Of a stretch of 64,000 bases of DNA, positions 25,870-39,830 are shown one piece after another (position 1 is the first letter of the stretch; each line of letters opens with the position of its first letter). The notes beneath the pieces were generated by a model. That model searched no databases and was not told the DNA's origin. It was given only the letters and a program-made list of their open reading frames with translations. A program made the translations under genes and the position numbers. The DNA lies in NCBI RefSeq assembly GCF_963921235.1, contig NC_086109.1, forward strand, positions 32,552,001-32,616,000, given 5' to 3'. Source of the DNA: Mobula hypostoma. Taxonomy: Eukaryota.

Positions 25870-27675
25870 TAAACATGAGAAATTCTGCAAATGCTGGAAA
25901 TCTGAAGCAACGCACATAAGATGCTGGAGGAACTCAGCAGGGCAGGCAGCATCTATAGTTGATGTTTCAGGCTGAGGTCCTTCTTCAGGACTGGAAAGAA
26001 AGGGGGAAGATGCCAGAATAAAAAGATGGGGAGAGGGGAAGGAGGATAGCTAAGTGATGTGTGAAGCCAGGTGGGTAGGAAAGGTACAGGGAGGAATGTG
26101 ATAGGAGAGGAGAGTAGGAAGGAGGAGGGGACCCAGGGGCAGGTGAGAAGAGGTAAGAGGCCAGAATATGGAACAGAAGAAGGGGGAGAGGAAAAGAAAA
26201 AACTTAGCAGAATGAGAAATTGATATTCATGCCATCAAGTTGGAAACCAAATGGAATATAAGGTGCTGCTCTTGCACCCTAAGGATGGCACAAGAGGAGG
26301 CCATGGACTGATATGCCGGAATGGGAATGTTTGGCCACTGGGAAGTTCCACTTTTGGTGGATGGAGCGGAGGTGCTCAACAAAGCAGTCCCTCAATTTAC
26401 GATGGGTCTCACCAATGTAGAGGAGGCTGCATTGGGAGCACTGGGCACAATAGACAACCCCAGCAAATTTGCAGATGAGGTATTGCCTCACCTGGAAGAA
26501 CTGTTTGGGGCCCTGAGTGGAGGTGAATGGGAAGGTGTAGCACTTTAGCTGCTTGTTGGGATAAGTGCCAGGAGGGAGATTAGTGGGGAGAGACAAATGG
26601 ACAAAGGAATCACGGAGGGAGCAATCCCTGTGGCAAATGGAGAATTGAGGATGTAAGTATATGTTTGGTGGTAGGATCTCTTTGGCGATGGTGGAAGTTG
26701 CAGAGAATGATGTGTTGGATGTGGAAACTCATGGGGTGGTAGGTAAAGACAAGAGGAACTCTATCACTGTTAAGGCGGCGGGAAGATAGGGTGAGTGTGG
26801 ATGTTCGGGAAATGGAGATGTGGGTGAGGTCAGCATCAACGGTGAAGGAAGAGAAACCCCATTCTTTGATGAAGGAGATCATCTCTGATATCCTGGAAAG
26901 AAAATCTTCAGCCTGAGGATAGATGCAGTGGAGATGAAGGAACTGAGAAAAGGGAATAACATTTTTACAGGAGACAGGGTGGGAAGAGGTATAGTCAAGA
27001 TAACCATGAGAGCCTTCAGGTTTATAAAAGATGTTGGTTGACAGTTTCTCCCCAGAGAAGGAAAATGCAAGATCAAGAAATGGGAAGGAGGTGGCAGAAA
27101 TGGACCAAGTGGATTTAAGGGCAGGGTGGAAGTTGGAGGCAAAGTTGATAAAATTGAGGAGTCCAGCATGGGTGCATGAAGCACCAGCAATGCAGTTGTT
27201 AATGTAGCGGAGGAAGAACAGGGGAGCATTACAGAGGAAGGCTTGGAACATGGACTGTTATGTGTAACCAACAAAAAGACGGGCATAGCTGGAGCCCGCG
27301 TGGGTTCCCGTGGCTACCCCTCGAGTCTGGAGAAAGTGAGTGGTGCCAAAAGAGAAATTGTTGAGGCTGAGGACCAGTTCTCCCAAACAGAGGAGACTGA
27401 TGGTGGAGGGGAACGGGTTGGTCTTTGAATTGAGAAAGAAGCAGAGGGCTTTCAGACCTTCTTGATGGGGGATAGAAGTGTACGGGTGAAAATGAGGCAG
27501 ACAGGGCCAGGGAATTGAAAGTTAGTAAGGATATTGAGAGCTTGAGAAGTGTCATGGATGTAGGTGGGAAGGGACTGAACCAAGGGGGATCGAGTGGATT
27601 TGAGATCTGAGGACATGAATTCAGTGGGGCAGAAGCAGACAGAGACAATGGGCCTACCCAGACAGTCAGGTTTTA
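25870..27675 (-). mobile_element. Penelope-like element (RT + GIY-YIG + pLTR), degenerate
   Basis: GRPIVSVCFCPTE, GVAMGT..GSSYA.LFVGY, FLRYINN, FLDL, GVVYCAQCSQCSLLYIGETHRKLRDCFVEHL. Confidence 0.92.
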
Positions 27676-29308
27676 TTGTGCTCTGGGCACCATTTCTCTC
27701 CATCAAAATTCTGCTACCTGCAGAAAATAATCAGCTGTTAATTTTATTTCATTTGATTTCCGTTCTTCTGATTTAGTGCTGCAATTGAACCAGCTGATTG
27801 TCACTAACCGTATTAAAAGGCTGACCATCCTGGCACAAAGCAGCTTATATAAACTGCTCATGTAATCCCAGCTCACAGCCCTGCAGTGGCTCTGCCAGGA
27901 GACGAGGGGCAAGCCTACTTAATTATGAAGTGACTCATTTCAAATGACATTTGTGGTTATGGATGTGAGCAAAGGAACTCTCAACCCAAATTTTACAAGT
28001 GGCTGAAAATGGAGACCGACTTCCTGTCGTATCGCCTTGAAAAATATTTCCCTCACTCTCAACTTGTGGTGCATCTAAATGCTGTAGTTAAGAGATCATT
28101 TTAACCTTATTCTTTGGGCAAAATGACCAACAATCACTTCTGTTCCGACAGAGCACACATTTAACCTGGCCTGAGTAGCTGAGACAGACATCCATTATTA
28201 ATTGTTTCTCTAAATCCTACTTAAGGGGGGAAAATTCTCTGACCCTTGATGACAGTTCAAGCTTCCCCTGTGGAGATCGTATTGCTTCCTCATAATTACC
28301 CATAATTCCTGCAGCTGTTCCCCTTCTGTTTGACCGTGAAATCTATAGTCTCAAAACTCTCTGTACAAAGAAGCTTTTCTGACCTTTGTTTGAAATTCCT
28401 CATATTTAATCAATTGTACTTCATACTTGATACCCTACTTCCTGGAAACACGATTGTTCTATCAACCCTATTCTTTTCTTCGTTATTTTAAGTTCATAAA
28501 TATAAATATTGCCTTGTTATCTGGTTCTCAAAAAGACTGTTCCCTTTAATTTCATATTCATATTTGTAATTATTCAATGAGTGAATTGAAACATTTTTGT
28601 TTACTTTGCTAATTTATCAGATGTTCAATCTTTTAGTTAAATTATATGCATCAGTTAACTTTAATCTGCAAACCTGTGCTACTAACAAGATCACATTGCT
28701 TTTATATTTCTGACATCTTCCATCTTTTCATTTATGGAATTAATTAGTTATAACATAAATATCTTGGGAGTGAAAAAGAGAAAAATGTAGATTTCCGTGA
28801 GGTTATTACTGGGTGTCCAATGAATAAATATTTGTATAGTTTTATCCTGAAACACTATGAATTGGTGTATGGCTTATGAGAGTCTTGCAGTTGATGATTT
28901 CTGTGCACCATGGTGATGACTTGTCCTGTCATGGACAATTAACATAATCCCAGTGTGTTTGTGCATCCACTGAATAGAACAGATGTACTGAAATGATGTG
29001 GCTGAGCTAATGCGATTACAGTCAATGCACACTGTCTAGCAATACATGTTGATCATACTGAGGGACCCGCTGACCCATATCGAAGTTAGGCTTCAGACAT
29101 AACATACAAACCTACTCTGCATTGGATGAAGAAACAGTTTTCATACAAGTAATTGTTTATAGATAAAACTTTTTTTTTGCCTTCTCTAGTCAAGGTTGTT
29201 TACCAGATCATGGACAGCTAAATACTGGATAAGTATAAAAGAAACTGATGAATAAATCTTTTGATGGAAGGTTTAGTACCAAGGTAGAAGCAAAAATAAC
29301 TCCAAGGC

Positions 29309-29332
29309 ATGGGAGGATCCCAAGGCAAAAAG
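29309..29332 (+). CDS. FAM107: FAM107-family gene, first coding segment MGGSQGKK (exon 29190-29332)
   Basis: Acceptor ttttttttgccttctctag|29190; ggcATGG strong Kozak; AAG|gtaaat donor in phase 0; Gly2 start resembles the MG..QGKK N-terminus I recall for long FAM107A isoforms. Confidence 0.7.
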
Positions 29333-29999
29333 GTAAATTAGTGGAGGTTATTCAAAGCTGATTAATTTTACTGTTGTGTAGAATACTGTTTTAACTCGGT
29401 AAATGCTATAAGTTTATTATTTCCATTTAGTTATTTATTTACTTAACTGAGACATGGTTGGCATTATTTTTCATTCGTTTCTTATATTATTTATTGTGAT
29501 AATATGAAAAAGAAGAGTTTATTTAGACAATTAGTCATTTTATATAAGTAAACAAAAGTCTGCATTCCATATCTGCTGCTTTTAATATTTTTATTCATCA
29601 GAGCTTCATCTTTATAGCTTTACTTCAACCATTCAATATAAAATCATGTAAGCTCACGGAAATAATGTGCAGAAGAAAACTTTATATAAAGTATTTGAGC
29701 AGAACTACCAATGCCAAATAAATTGCTGGCATGCTTGTCACATGGTTTTACCTGAGTATAGATATGTTATGAGAATCTGGTGAAATCTGGACAGATAAAT
29801 CTTATAACTTGTCTTTATCAGTGTATTTCCAGCTGTATCTCACTTATATAATTATAACCAGATATTATTTAAACCATTGTTTACTAAACTGGATTTGCCA
29901 TGAAAATATTATGGCAAATTATGGTCGTAAAGATATTATGGTTATAATGATGTTGCTATAAAAATCAATCTAATATTTTTGATGTGGACATTGCAGGGT

Positions 30000-31050
30000 C
30001 ATCATTGAGAGAAGATCACAGCTGTGATTTTAACATCCAAGGACAGACATTGTATAGAAAAAACAGGTGGGGGGGGGAGGTTTGGCTTTGTCGGTGAAAA
30101 ATTAAATCAAATCAAATTCTTGGAAAGAATTGACATAGAATCGGAAGATATAGAATCCTTGTGAGTAGAATTAAGAAACTGCAAGGGTAAAAAGACCCAG
30201 ATGTGAGTTATATACAAGCCTTTGAATAGTAGCTGGAATGTGGGGTACAATTGACAAAAGGAGATAGAGAAGGCAGTGACGGTGATGGGGAACTTCAAGA
30301 TGTATATAGATTCGGAAAGTCAGTTTGCCTACAAGACAGTTTTTTAGAGCGGCCTGTGGTCAAGCTCACCAGGGAAAAGGCAATTCTGGATGAGGTGTTG
30401 TATAATGAACCAGATTTAATTAGGGAGCTTAAGGCAAACTAACCCTTAGGAGGCAGTGATCATAATATGATAGAATTCACTCTGCAGTTTGAGAGAGAAC
30501 AGCTAAAATCAGATGAATAGGTATCAGAATTGAGTAAAGGTGACTACAGAAACAGGAGAGAGGAGGTGGTCAAAGCTGATTTGAAGGGATGATGGTAGAG
30601 CAGTCAAGGCTGAAGTTTCTGAGAGTTGAAGCATCCTACTGGGAGATGAGGCAACCATAGCAGGCAAGGGAAGTCAACGACAGCGTGAAGGAAAAGAGAG
30701 GGCATGCAATATAGGAAAAATTAGTGGAAAGCTGGAGGATTGGGAAGCTTTTAAAAAGCAACAGAAGGCAACTAAAAAAGCAATAAGGAGAGAAAAGAAG
30801 GGATATAAAGGTAAGCTGGGCAATAATATACAAGAGTATACCAAAGGCCTATTTCAGATAAAGTCTAAAAAAAGAGACAAAAAGCAAGGGTGGACATTGG
30901 ATTGTTGGAAAATGATGCTGGAGAGGTAGTAATGGGGAACAAGAAACTGAGCATTTTCTATCAGTCTTCATTGTACAAGACACTAGCAGCCTGCCTGGAA
31001 CTTGAAAGTGTAAGGGCAGAAATGAACGTAGTCGCTCTTACTAAGGAGAA
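30000..31050 (+). mobile_element. CR1 ORF2 endonuclease/linker fragment
   Basis: TREKAILDEVLYNEPDLI, LGGSDHNMIEF motifs in broken frames. Confidence 0.8.
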
Positions 31051-32110
31051 GTAATTCATAACAGTTGTTTGTTATACGTTATGTGGTATTTTGCAAATTT
31101 CAAACAAACTTTATTTGGAAAGGAAATATAAAAAGTAAGCAAACTGATATCAGGCAATATCTGTGTAGAAATATAAATCTGTTGTAGAAGTTGTATATGT
31201 GGAAGGCTGTCGAAGAGAAGAATTCCATTTGGCACATTCTACCTTATCCTTTTATCCTTTTACTCCTTTGCCCCTTCCCACTTTGGAATATATTTTATAA
31301 CTATTCCACAGTTTTCATCTCATCTCATTTTTGTTTTAAGTAACCTTCGTTCTATTCCGTCTAGTTACCAACATCTTATCATTGGAAACAAATTCTCCTT
31401 ATTTCAAGTATGAAACTCTTCCTTAGGAACCAGAGTCTGGAAGTAAAACCATCTCATTTTTAGAATTCTTATCTAATCTGCTGCTTTTTTAAAATGCTTT
31501 TTGTTTCAGGTTTTTAGCTCCAAAGTGTTTTGCTTCTTGTAAAACCACATCACTTAGAGGAGCTTTAATTGAACTAGTTCTGAATGTTGCACCATCAGCT
31601 CTAATCATTTGGTGGAATTAAAAAGCTGTGAGTTAGATATTGAATATTATGTAAGCAGTTCTATTTTGTTTTCCAGTCTTGAAGCCTGAGGCAAAGATAA
31701 ATTCTTTCTCTGATCAATACTTCTATTTCACTCTTTTTAAACTATCCATTGCATCATGCTCTCTAGAGTACAAGATTTCCTGTATAAATGAAAAATTGTA
31801 ATAATAAAGTGGTTGAAATAGAGAAATCCTCTCATTCTCTAAGTAATTTTACTGTATACTCCAATACATTGATTAAATAAGGAATTTGCTTGAAGGTAGC
31901 CATATTAATCTCAAGAAACATCTGGTGTTTTTCTTTTAAATTTATTCAAGCTAACAGAATCTACCCAATTAATTAATTGACTTTGAAAAAGGCTGACAAG
32001 TACAAAACGTAATCAGTTTTAAAATTCTCTTGAGGTAACATTGTGTTTAGCTGATTTTCAGGCAGGGAGACAATAAAGCTGCCACCATTGCAGCCTGCAA
32101 TTTGTGTGTA

Positions 32111-32640
32111 CACTCAGTGGCCACTTTATTAGGTACTTCTGGTTTGTGGTCTTCTGATGCTGTAGTCCATCCACTTCAAGATTACTATGAGTGTTCGGAG
32201 ATAGTCTTCTGCATAGCAATGTTGTGTCGTGTGGTTATTTGAGTTTCTGTTGCCTTCCTGTCAGCTTGAACCAGTCTGGCCTTTTTCTCCTGACCTCTCT
32301 GATGAACAAGGTGTGTTTGCCCATCAAAGTGCTGCTCACTGGATGTTTCCTGTATCCTGTACCATTATCTGTAAACTCTAGAGACTCTTGTGTGTGAAAA
32401 TCCCAGGAGATCAGCAGCTTCTGAGATACTAAAAGCACTTTGTCTGGGACCAACACACATTCCATGATCAAAGTCACTTAGATCACATTTTTTCCTCATT
32501 CTGATGTTTGGTCTGAACAAAAACTGAGCCTCTTGACTATGCCTGCATGCTTTTATGGATTGAGTTTCCATCACAAGATTGGTTGATTAGGTATTGATGA
32601 GCAGGTGCAAAGGTGTACCTAATAAAATGGCCACTGAGTA
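32111..32640 (-). mobile_element. Tc1/mariner non-autonomous element
   Basis: TIRs CACTCAGTGGCCACTTTATTAGGTAC / GTACCTAATAAAATGGCCACTGAGTA flanked by TA; transposase HTH remnant DLSDFDHGMCVG...SISEAADLLGFSHTRVSRVYR. Confidence 0.92.
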
Positions 32641-33262
32641 TATCCTCAAGTAAATGCAAAGAGGTTTCTTGCATGCATTAAAGCCAAGGAGTATAACTTT
32701 GAAAAATGAGAAACCTATTCTAAAGACAATTTCACGTGGCTTCAGATGTGAAACAAGGATACACATGTGTGAAGTCATATTTTAAGAATTCTAATTTGGG
32801 GAATCAGGAATTTATTTTATAGCTGTATAGTCACAGTACATCAAAATATAAAAAAAATCTGGACAAAAACATGAGAAGGTTCACCTGGTTCTTCTACCTT
32901 TGAGTTAGCCATAGGATTCAAAGCTAATATAGTGGAAGACTAACCAAGTGAATTAATGTCTGTCAATTCATTTACAAGTGATCCAGTCATGAGGCAAAGA
33001 AATCTTATAGTGTGAACCGCAGGCTCATGTCACCTGCTCTTCTCAAATGCCAAATTGCTCACATACTCTTTATCTAAATATTATTTTCTGAAAGAAGATT
33101 TTTGAATTCATATTTAAATCCATCAACTCCCTCTGTTACCTTCATCTCCCAAGGAAGCTCAGGTTTACCATTTCCTCATTAAGATAGAACAAATCTGACT
33201 TCTATTTGGTCACAACAAATAGGAGTTGAGGAGGGAATTAGGACACTTCTTGAGAACACATT

Positions 33263-33765
33263 CAAAGTTCAAAGTAAATTTTATTATCTAAGCACGTAGA
33301 TGTCACCATATATAGCCGTGAGAATCATTTTTCTGGTCATCATACTCAATAAGTGTATGGAATAATAACCATAACAGAACCAGTGAAAGACCACCCAGCT
33401 ACAGTGTTCAAGCAGAGTGCAGAAGACAACAAACTGTGCAAATACAAAAAGAAGAAATATTAATATAAAATGAGCAAGCAATAAATATTGAGAACATGAG
33501 ATGAACAGCCCTTGAAAATGAACTCATTGATTGTAGGAACATTTCAATGATAGGGCAAGTAACTTTGAAGGAAGTTATCCCTTTTGGTTCAAGACCCTGA
33601 TTGCTGAGGGATAATAACTATTCCTGAACCTGGTGGTGTGAGTCCTGAGACTCCTGTACCTTTTTCCTGATGGCAGCAGAGAGAAGACCGCATGTCCTGG
33701 GAGGTGGGGGTCCCTGATGATAGGTGCTGCTTTCCCGTGTCAGCATTTCATGTAGTTGTGCTCAA
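33263..33765 (-). mobile_element. Rex/Babar-like LINE 3' fragment
   Basis: ttcaaag tail and aacctggtggtgtgagtcctgagactcctgtacc motif shared with other copies. Confidence 0.8.
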
Positions 33766-33839
33766 TTAGACACTGAATTGCAAACGCTTCTAAAGAACAT
33801 AAAAGCAATGACATACCGCTGTAACTTTTTAGAGTGTTA

Positions 33840-34380
33840 AGCAGACTATATTTGGAATATTGTGAACAATTTTGGACCCTTTATCTAAAGTAAGGTGTGT
33901 GGGCTCCGTAGATGATCCAAAGGAGGTTCACAAGAACGATCCCAGGAATGGAAAGGCTTAACATATGAAGAGTGTTTGATGTCTCTCGACCTGTTCTAAA
34001 TGGAATTCAGAAGGATATGAGGGGATCTCATTGAAACTATCGAATGTTGGAAGGCCTGGATAGAGTGGACATGAAGAGGATGTTTCCACCAAATGAAGAG
34101 TCTAGGATCTGAGGGCACAGCCTCAGAATAAAGGGACATTCCCTTAAAACAGAGCTGAGAAAGAATTACTTCAGCCGGAGGGTGATGATTGTGTGGAATT
34201 CATTGCCATAGAGGGCAGTGAAGGCCAAATCATTGGGTATATTTAAGGCAGCGAGTTCTTGATTGGTAAAGGGGTTAAGAGCTCTGGCAAAATGTAGTTG
34301 AAAAAACAATCAGTCATGATTGAATGGCGGAGCAGATTCAAATGGGCTGAATGGCCTAATTCTGCTCCTATCTTATGGAC
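33840..34380 (+). mobile_element. CR1 3' fragment
   Basis: LEYCEQFW, RRFTRTIPG, WNSLP motifs and CR1 3' UTR. Confidence 0.82.
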
Positions 34381-34849
34381 TTATATGTTCAAAGTTGAAT
34401 GAACCATCATTTATCTTACTCCAATTTACCCAATCCATCCCTGCAGTTAAAATTCCTTTCAAAGTTCTCTGCAAATTAGTTTATCCCTTCAGGTATGGGC
34501 TGTGTCTTCATGTTCTACTCCACTGAACAAGGTGAAATAACTTGTCATGGTCTGCTCTATCTAATCTGTTCAGAATTGCAAGCACAATAATTTATTTTCA
34601 AGTGAGAACACTTCCATTTCACAAATTCTGCTCTCTATTTGATCCCAATTGAGTTTACGACTCCTTAATCTGCTAAACTGCGGAAATCGTATCCTTCTAT
34701 CCTGTCTTAATGACTGCATTTACATCTAATTCTATCCATCAGTGCTGCTTAAACATTGTACTTGCAAACCCTAGAAGACATTTTTGCCAATTGCACAGGG
34801 TTTTATCTGTTGACACAGATAAAAGCATGCTTCACTTAAATCAGAATAT

Positions 34850-35130
34850 GCCTCTAATCCAGCCCAGTATCTCTTTCACCAATCAACTCCCCAGCTCTTT
34901 ACTTCATCCCTCTCCCCACTCCTGGTTTCACCTATCACCTTGTGTTTCTTTCTCCCCTCCACCCACCCTCCAAGTCCGACTCCTCATCTTTTTTTCTCCA
35001 GCCCTGATGAAGGGTCTCAGCCTGAAACATCGGCTATACTGTTTTCCATAGATGCTAACCGGCCTGCTGAGTTCCTCCAGCATTTTGTTTGCGCTGTTTG
35101 GATTTCCAGCATCCGCAGATTTTCTCTTGT
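34850..35130 (+). mobile_element. Penelope pLTR-derived repeat
   Basis: Same pLTR end as 25330-25420, 40640-40740 and 41940-42040. Confidence 0.8.
35000..35035 (+). ncRNA. Minimal type I hammerhead ribozyme motif (Penelope type)
   Basis: agcc-CTGATGA-AGG(gtctcag)CCT-GAAA-ca-TC-ggct. Confidence 0.65.
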
Positions 35131-35344
35131 ATATGCGTCTAATGGTTTGTTCTGGTCCTAGAAGTACTGTCTAGCCTATAAATAGAACCAAGAACCAGCA
35201 ATGCGATGCAATTTAGTACTAAAATTAATCAGAAAATCTGGAATTAGCGGTTTAAAGTTAAGTGGACCAAATCAGATATTATTTGAGAGTCATGGAGCAC
35301 TATAGCACAGAAGCAGGCTCTTTGGGCCATCTCATCTGTGCCAC

Positions 35345-36230
35345 ACTGGTGGTGTGAGTCCTGAGGCTCCTGTGCCGCCTTTCAGCAGCGAGAAGAGAGC
35401 ATGGTCTGGATGCTGGGAGTCCTTGATGATGGACACTGCTTTCATGTACATGTGCTCACTAGTGGGGGGGGGGGTCGGTCTTTACCCATTGGTCTAGGCC
35501 GTACGCACTACTTTTTGTCGGATTTTCTGTTCAAGGGCATTGGTGTTTCCATACCAGGCCATGATCCAACAGACAATATACTCTCCACTACACGTCTATA
35601 GAAGTTTGGCAAAGTTTTAGAAGTCATGCCAAATCTTCGCAAACGTCTAAGAAAGTGGAGGTGCTGACGTGCTTTCTTCATAATGGCACTTACATGCCGC
35701 TACTCAGGACAGAGCCTCCGGAATGATAGCACCAAGGAATTTAAAGATGCTGACCCTCTCCATCTCTGATCTCCTGATAAGAACTGGCTCATGGATCTCT
35801 GGCTGCCTCCTCCTAAAGTCAATAATCAGCTCCTTGGTTTACTGACACTGAGTAAGAGTTTGTTGTTGTGGCACCACTCAGCCAGATTTTCAATTTCCTT
35901 CCTATTTGCTAATTCATCACCACCTTTGATTTGACCGATGACGGTGGTGTTGTGCTTAGCCTTACAGTCATAAATATAAAGTGAGCAGAGCAAAGGGATC
36001 AAAGGGCGAAGCACACAACCTTGTGTTGCAGCCGTGCTGATGGAGACTGTGGAAGAGATGTTGTTGCCAATCTGAACTGAAGTTTGCCACTTTGCATGTG
36101 AGATTGTTTTTCTGAGATTGTAACTGGTCCTCTTGTATTTTACTTGGTTCCCAGACTTGAATACCTTTGATCTGGCCCTCAGTAGAATGCCAATATTATG
36201 GTTCCAATGCACAGCAGTCTGATGATCCAA
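35345..36230 (-). mobile_element. Rex/Babar-like LINE fragment
   Basis: SVQIGNNISSTVSISTAATQGCVLRPL, EIENLAEWCHNNKLLLSVSK. Confidence 0.85.
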
Positions 36231-36294
36231 TTAACATTAGCAATTAATTTCCAAGCTTACTATATTATAAGTTTGAGACACATCATATGATTAG

Positions 36295-37555
36295 GAATAG
36301 TCAGCATAGCTTTGTTAAAGGCAGGTCATGCCTTATGAGGCTGATTTAATTTTTTGAGGATGTGACTAAACACATTAATGAAGGTAGAGCAGTAGATATA
36401 GTGTATATGGATTTCAACAAGGCATTTGATAAGGTACCCCATGCAAGGCTTATTGAGAAAGAAAGGAGGCATGGGATCCAAGGGGACCTTGCTTTGTGAA
36501 TCAAGAATGGCTTGCTCACAGAAAACAAAGAGTGGTTGTAGCTGGGTCATATTCTGCATGGTGGTCGGTGACCAGTGATGTGCATCAGGGATCTGTTCTG
36601 GGACCCCTTCTCTTTGTGATTTTTATAAATGACCTGGATGAGGGAGTGGAGGGATGGGTTAGTAAATTTGCTGATGACACAAAAGTTGGGGGTGTTGTGG
36701 ATAGTGTGGAGGGGACATCGATAGGATGCAAAACTGGGCTGAGAAGTGACAGATGGACCAACCCAGATAAGGGTGAGGTGGTTCATTTTGGTCAGTCAAA
36801 TATGATGGCAGAATATAGTATTAATGGTAAGTCTCTTGGTGGTCTGGAGGATCAGAGGGATCTAAGGGTCTGAGTCCATAGGACACTAAAGCTCCTGCGC
36901 AGGTTGACTCTGTGGTTAAGAAGGCATATAGTGTATTGGCCTTCATCAACCATGGGACTGAGTTTAAGAGCTGAGAGGTAATGTTATAGCTGTATAGGAC
37001 CCTGGTCAGATCAGACCCCACTTGGAGTACTGTGCTCAGTTCTGGTCGCCTCACTATAGGAAGGATGAGGAAACTATAGAAAGAGTTCAGAGGAGATTTA
37101 CAAGGATGTTGCCTGGCTTGGGGAGCATACCTTATGAGAATAGGTTGAGTGAACACGGAATTTTGTTCTTGGAGTGGCAGAGGATGAGAGGTGACCTGAT
37201 AGAGGTATATAAGATGATGAGAGGCATTGATCATGTGGATAGTCAGTGGCTTTTTCCCAGGGCTGAAATGGCTAACACGAGAGGACACAGGTTTAAGGTG
37301 CTAGGAAGTAGGTACAGAGGAGATGTCAGGGGTAAGTTTTTTATGCAGAGAGTGGTGAATGTATGGAATGGGCTGCCGAGGACAGTGGTGGAAGCGGATA
37401 TGATAGGGTCTTTTAAGAGATTCCTGGATGGGTGCATGGAACTTAGAAAAATAGAGGGCTATGGGTAAGCCTAGGTAATTTCTAAAGTAAGTACATGTTC
37501 GGCACAGCATTGTGGGCCAAAGGGCCTGTATTGTGTTGTAGGTTTTCCATGTTTC
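36295..37555 (+). mobile_element. 5'-truncated CR1 LINE
   Basis: QGSVLGPLLFVIFINDLD..FADDTK; EYCAQFWSPHYRKD..; 3' end close to 3187-3611. Confidence 0.95.
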
Positions 37556-38039
37556 AGTTAAAACTGACATGTAAAATTAGATTGCATATTAGGCTGGCCT
37601 AATGAAAATTAGATTGAAAATTATGCTGGCCTAATGAACTTGCAGTCAATGAGCCACAAAAGCTACTTGACCCTACCTTTCTGCCAGCATCCTCTTTACC
37701 AATAACTCCCTTCCCCATTCTCTTTCCAATCTTTTCTGTGTCTACTGTAACCTATCTTATGACTACTAACCACTGAATTATCTCCACTCTCCCATCCAGT
37801 TTGGCAATCTATCTTGTGACCAACGTCCAGCCCAGTCCTTTACTGAATCCTGGTCTACTCCATCTACTGAAGGAGTTGATCCACCCCTGGCCCCACCATT
37901 TCTGATACCCATCTACCCATGTCTACAGCCTTCTGTTCATTTGGTCTTGGGCTTCTTCCTCCCCTGGACCTTAGGTATGAATTTAGTCCAAATGTATTTT
38001 CTTTATAAATTTTGCGATTACAGTATGATGTATGTAGAG

Positions 38040-38705
38040 AAGAAATATGGCATGCTTACCTTTCATAGTCAAGATACTGATTGGATTCAGTTCTGGTCAC
38101 CCTTTTATAGGAAGGATGTAGAGGCTTTGAAGAGGGTGCAGAAGTGGTTTACCAGGATGCTGAATAGATTAGAGGAGAAATTACAGTGTAAAGACAAGTT
38201 GGATAAACTAGTGTCAGTTTCTTTGGAGCCAGCAGAGGCTGAGGGGAGACCTGATAGAAGTGTATAAGATTATGAGTGGCATAGATAAGTGTAAGTAGAC
38301 AGCCAGTTTATTTATTCCAGGGTTGAAATGTCTTAACAACAGACTGTGTGCATTTTAGGTGAGAAGGAGCAAGTCCAGAGTTGATGATGGACCAGTTTTA
38401 TTTACAGAGGGAGTGATGGGGGCTGGAATACACTGTAATGCTGCTGCAGAATGACACATTTCACACCATGTCAGTGATACTAAACTTGATTCTGATGCTG
38501 TTGTACTGTCAGGGGTGGTGGAGGCTGATATGGTAAAGGCCTTTAAGAGGCTCTCAGATAGACACGCAAGGATGTAGAGAACAGAGGGACATGGATCATC
38601 GCAAGCAAAAGGAATTAGTTTAATTAGGCATCATTAGCATAATTAGTTTGGCACATCATCATAGGCTGACAGACCTGTTCCTGTGTTGTGCTGTTAGATG
38701 TTACG
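38040..38705 (+). mobile_element. Old CR1 3' fragment
   Basis: QFWSPFYRKDVEALKRVQKWFTRML. Confidence 0.75.
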
Positions 38706-39354
38706 AATCGGTCTTTCCTTGTACAAGGCTTGTTCACTGTCATATTTTAACCTTTATTTCCGATTGTGCTTTCTCTCTTTGTGGCATCCCAGTGTTTTGT
38801 ACTATTCTCTGTGTTTAGTGTTGTATTTGTGATTACTATGCATACTGTTTCCTCTGTGAGCTTCATGCAAGTAAGAATTAAATTGTACCCTGGTGTATAA
38901 GACAATAAATGAATCTAATTTTAACAAACAGTCTAAATTAAAAAGCTTGGCAGGCCCTCAAGGTATTTGTTGGTGATCCATGCTGGATTGACTAATGTTA
39001 CAGATTAGATCTGTTGGCCAAGAATATTTTGTTTGTGTTCTTTTAATGCTCTGCATCTAAAAATAACTTTTTCCCAGTGGAAAGTGATTAGGGCTATTTG
39101 AGCCAGTCTGAACGCTAGACAGGCCTGTGACTAAATTGGAAACCAACGTACCCAGGTAAGAACTTTGTACTGTAACTTTCAGGATGCTTATTAAATTTTC
39201 AGTGATGATGTTGTTATTCATTCTCCTCAATAGGTGGTGATGCAAATAAATTTATAAATTCTCTGACCAAGTCCTTCACTGAATTGCTTAAGTTCCCTTT
39301 ATAATAGCAATATTCATTCACAGATATCAGTAATCTACTGGTTACCAAGGTTGC

Positions 39355-39830
39355 AACATCGATGAAGCCCATGAGTGCAAGTTAATCAAGCATGCAGAAT
39401 TAAGATCAGAGTGCAGAGACAGAGGATGGAAGGTCTCATGCTATCCATTTGAAGTAGGCTGCCATGGGTTTATTGTGTTCACTTTCCAGAAGTGGCTGCG
39501 TGACCTTGGCTTCACTAGAAGAGAGATCAATCAACTAGCAGGGCTGTAGCTGAGGCAGCAGAGAAAGGATCAGCATGGGTGTGGACCAAGTATGTCCAGA
39601 GGGGCAGATAGTCGGACAGTGTATACATCTTTGCAAGCCCTTCAGTAGTTGCATAGACAGCTGAAGAGTAGATTATCTGTTGGACGGAAGCGACCAACAA
39701 CTCTGATAGAGGCAGATGCCAGGTTTTTAAGCCCACCAGTGGGAGGTGGTGCTTTAGCACTGCTGGCCCACCACCTCGAGGGAGTCTCATCATAAGCAGG
39801 CCAAAGCTCCTGAAGACAGGTGGCAGATCA
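39355..39830 (+). mobile_element. Hero/R2-group (RLE) non-LTR retrotransposon 3' fragment
   Basis: NIDEAHECKLIKHAELRSECRDRGWKVSCYPFEVGCHGF...WLRDLG / AVAEAAEKGSAWVW* (stop 39609-39611), then 3' UTR. Confidence 0.8.
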
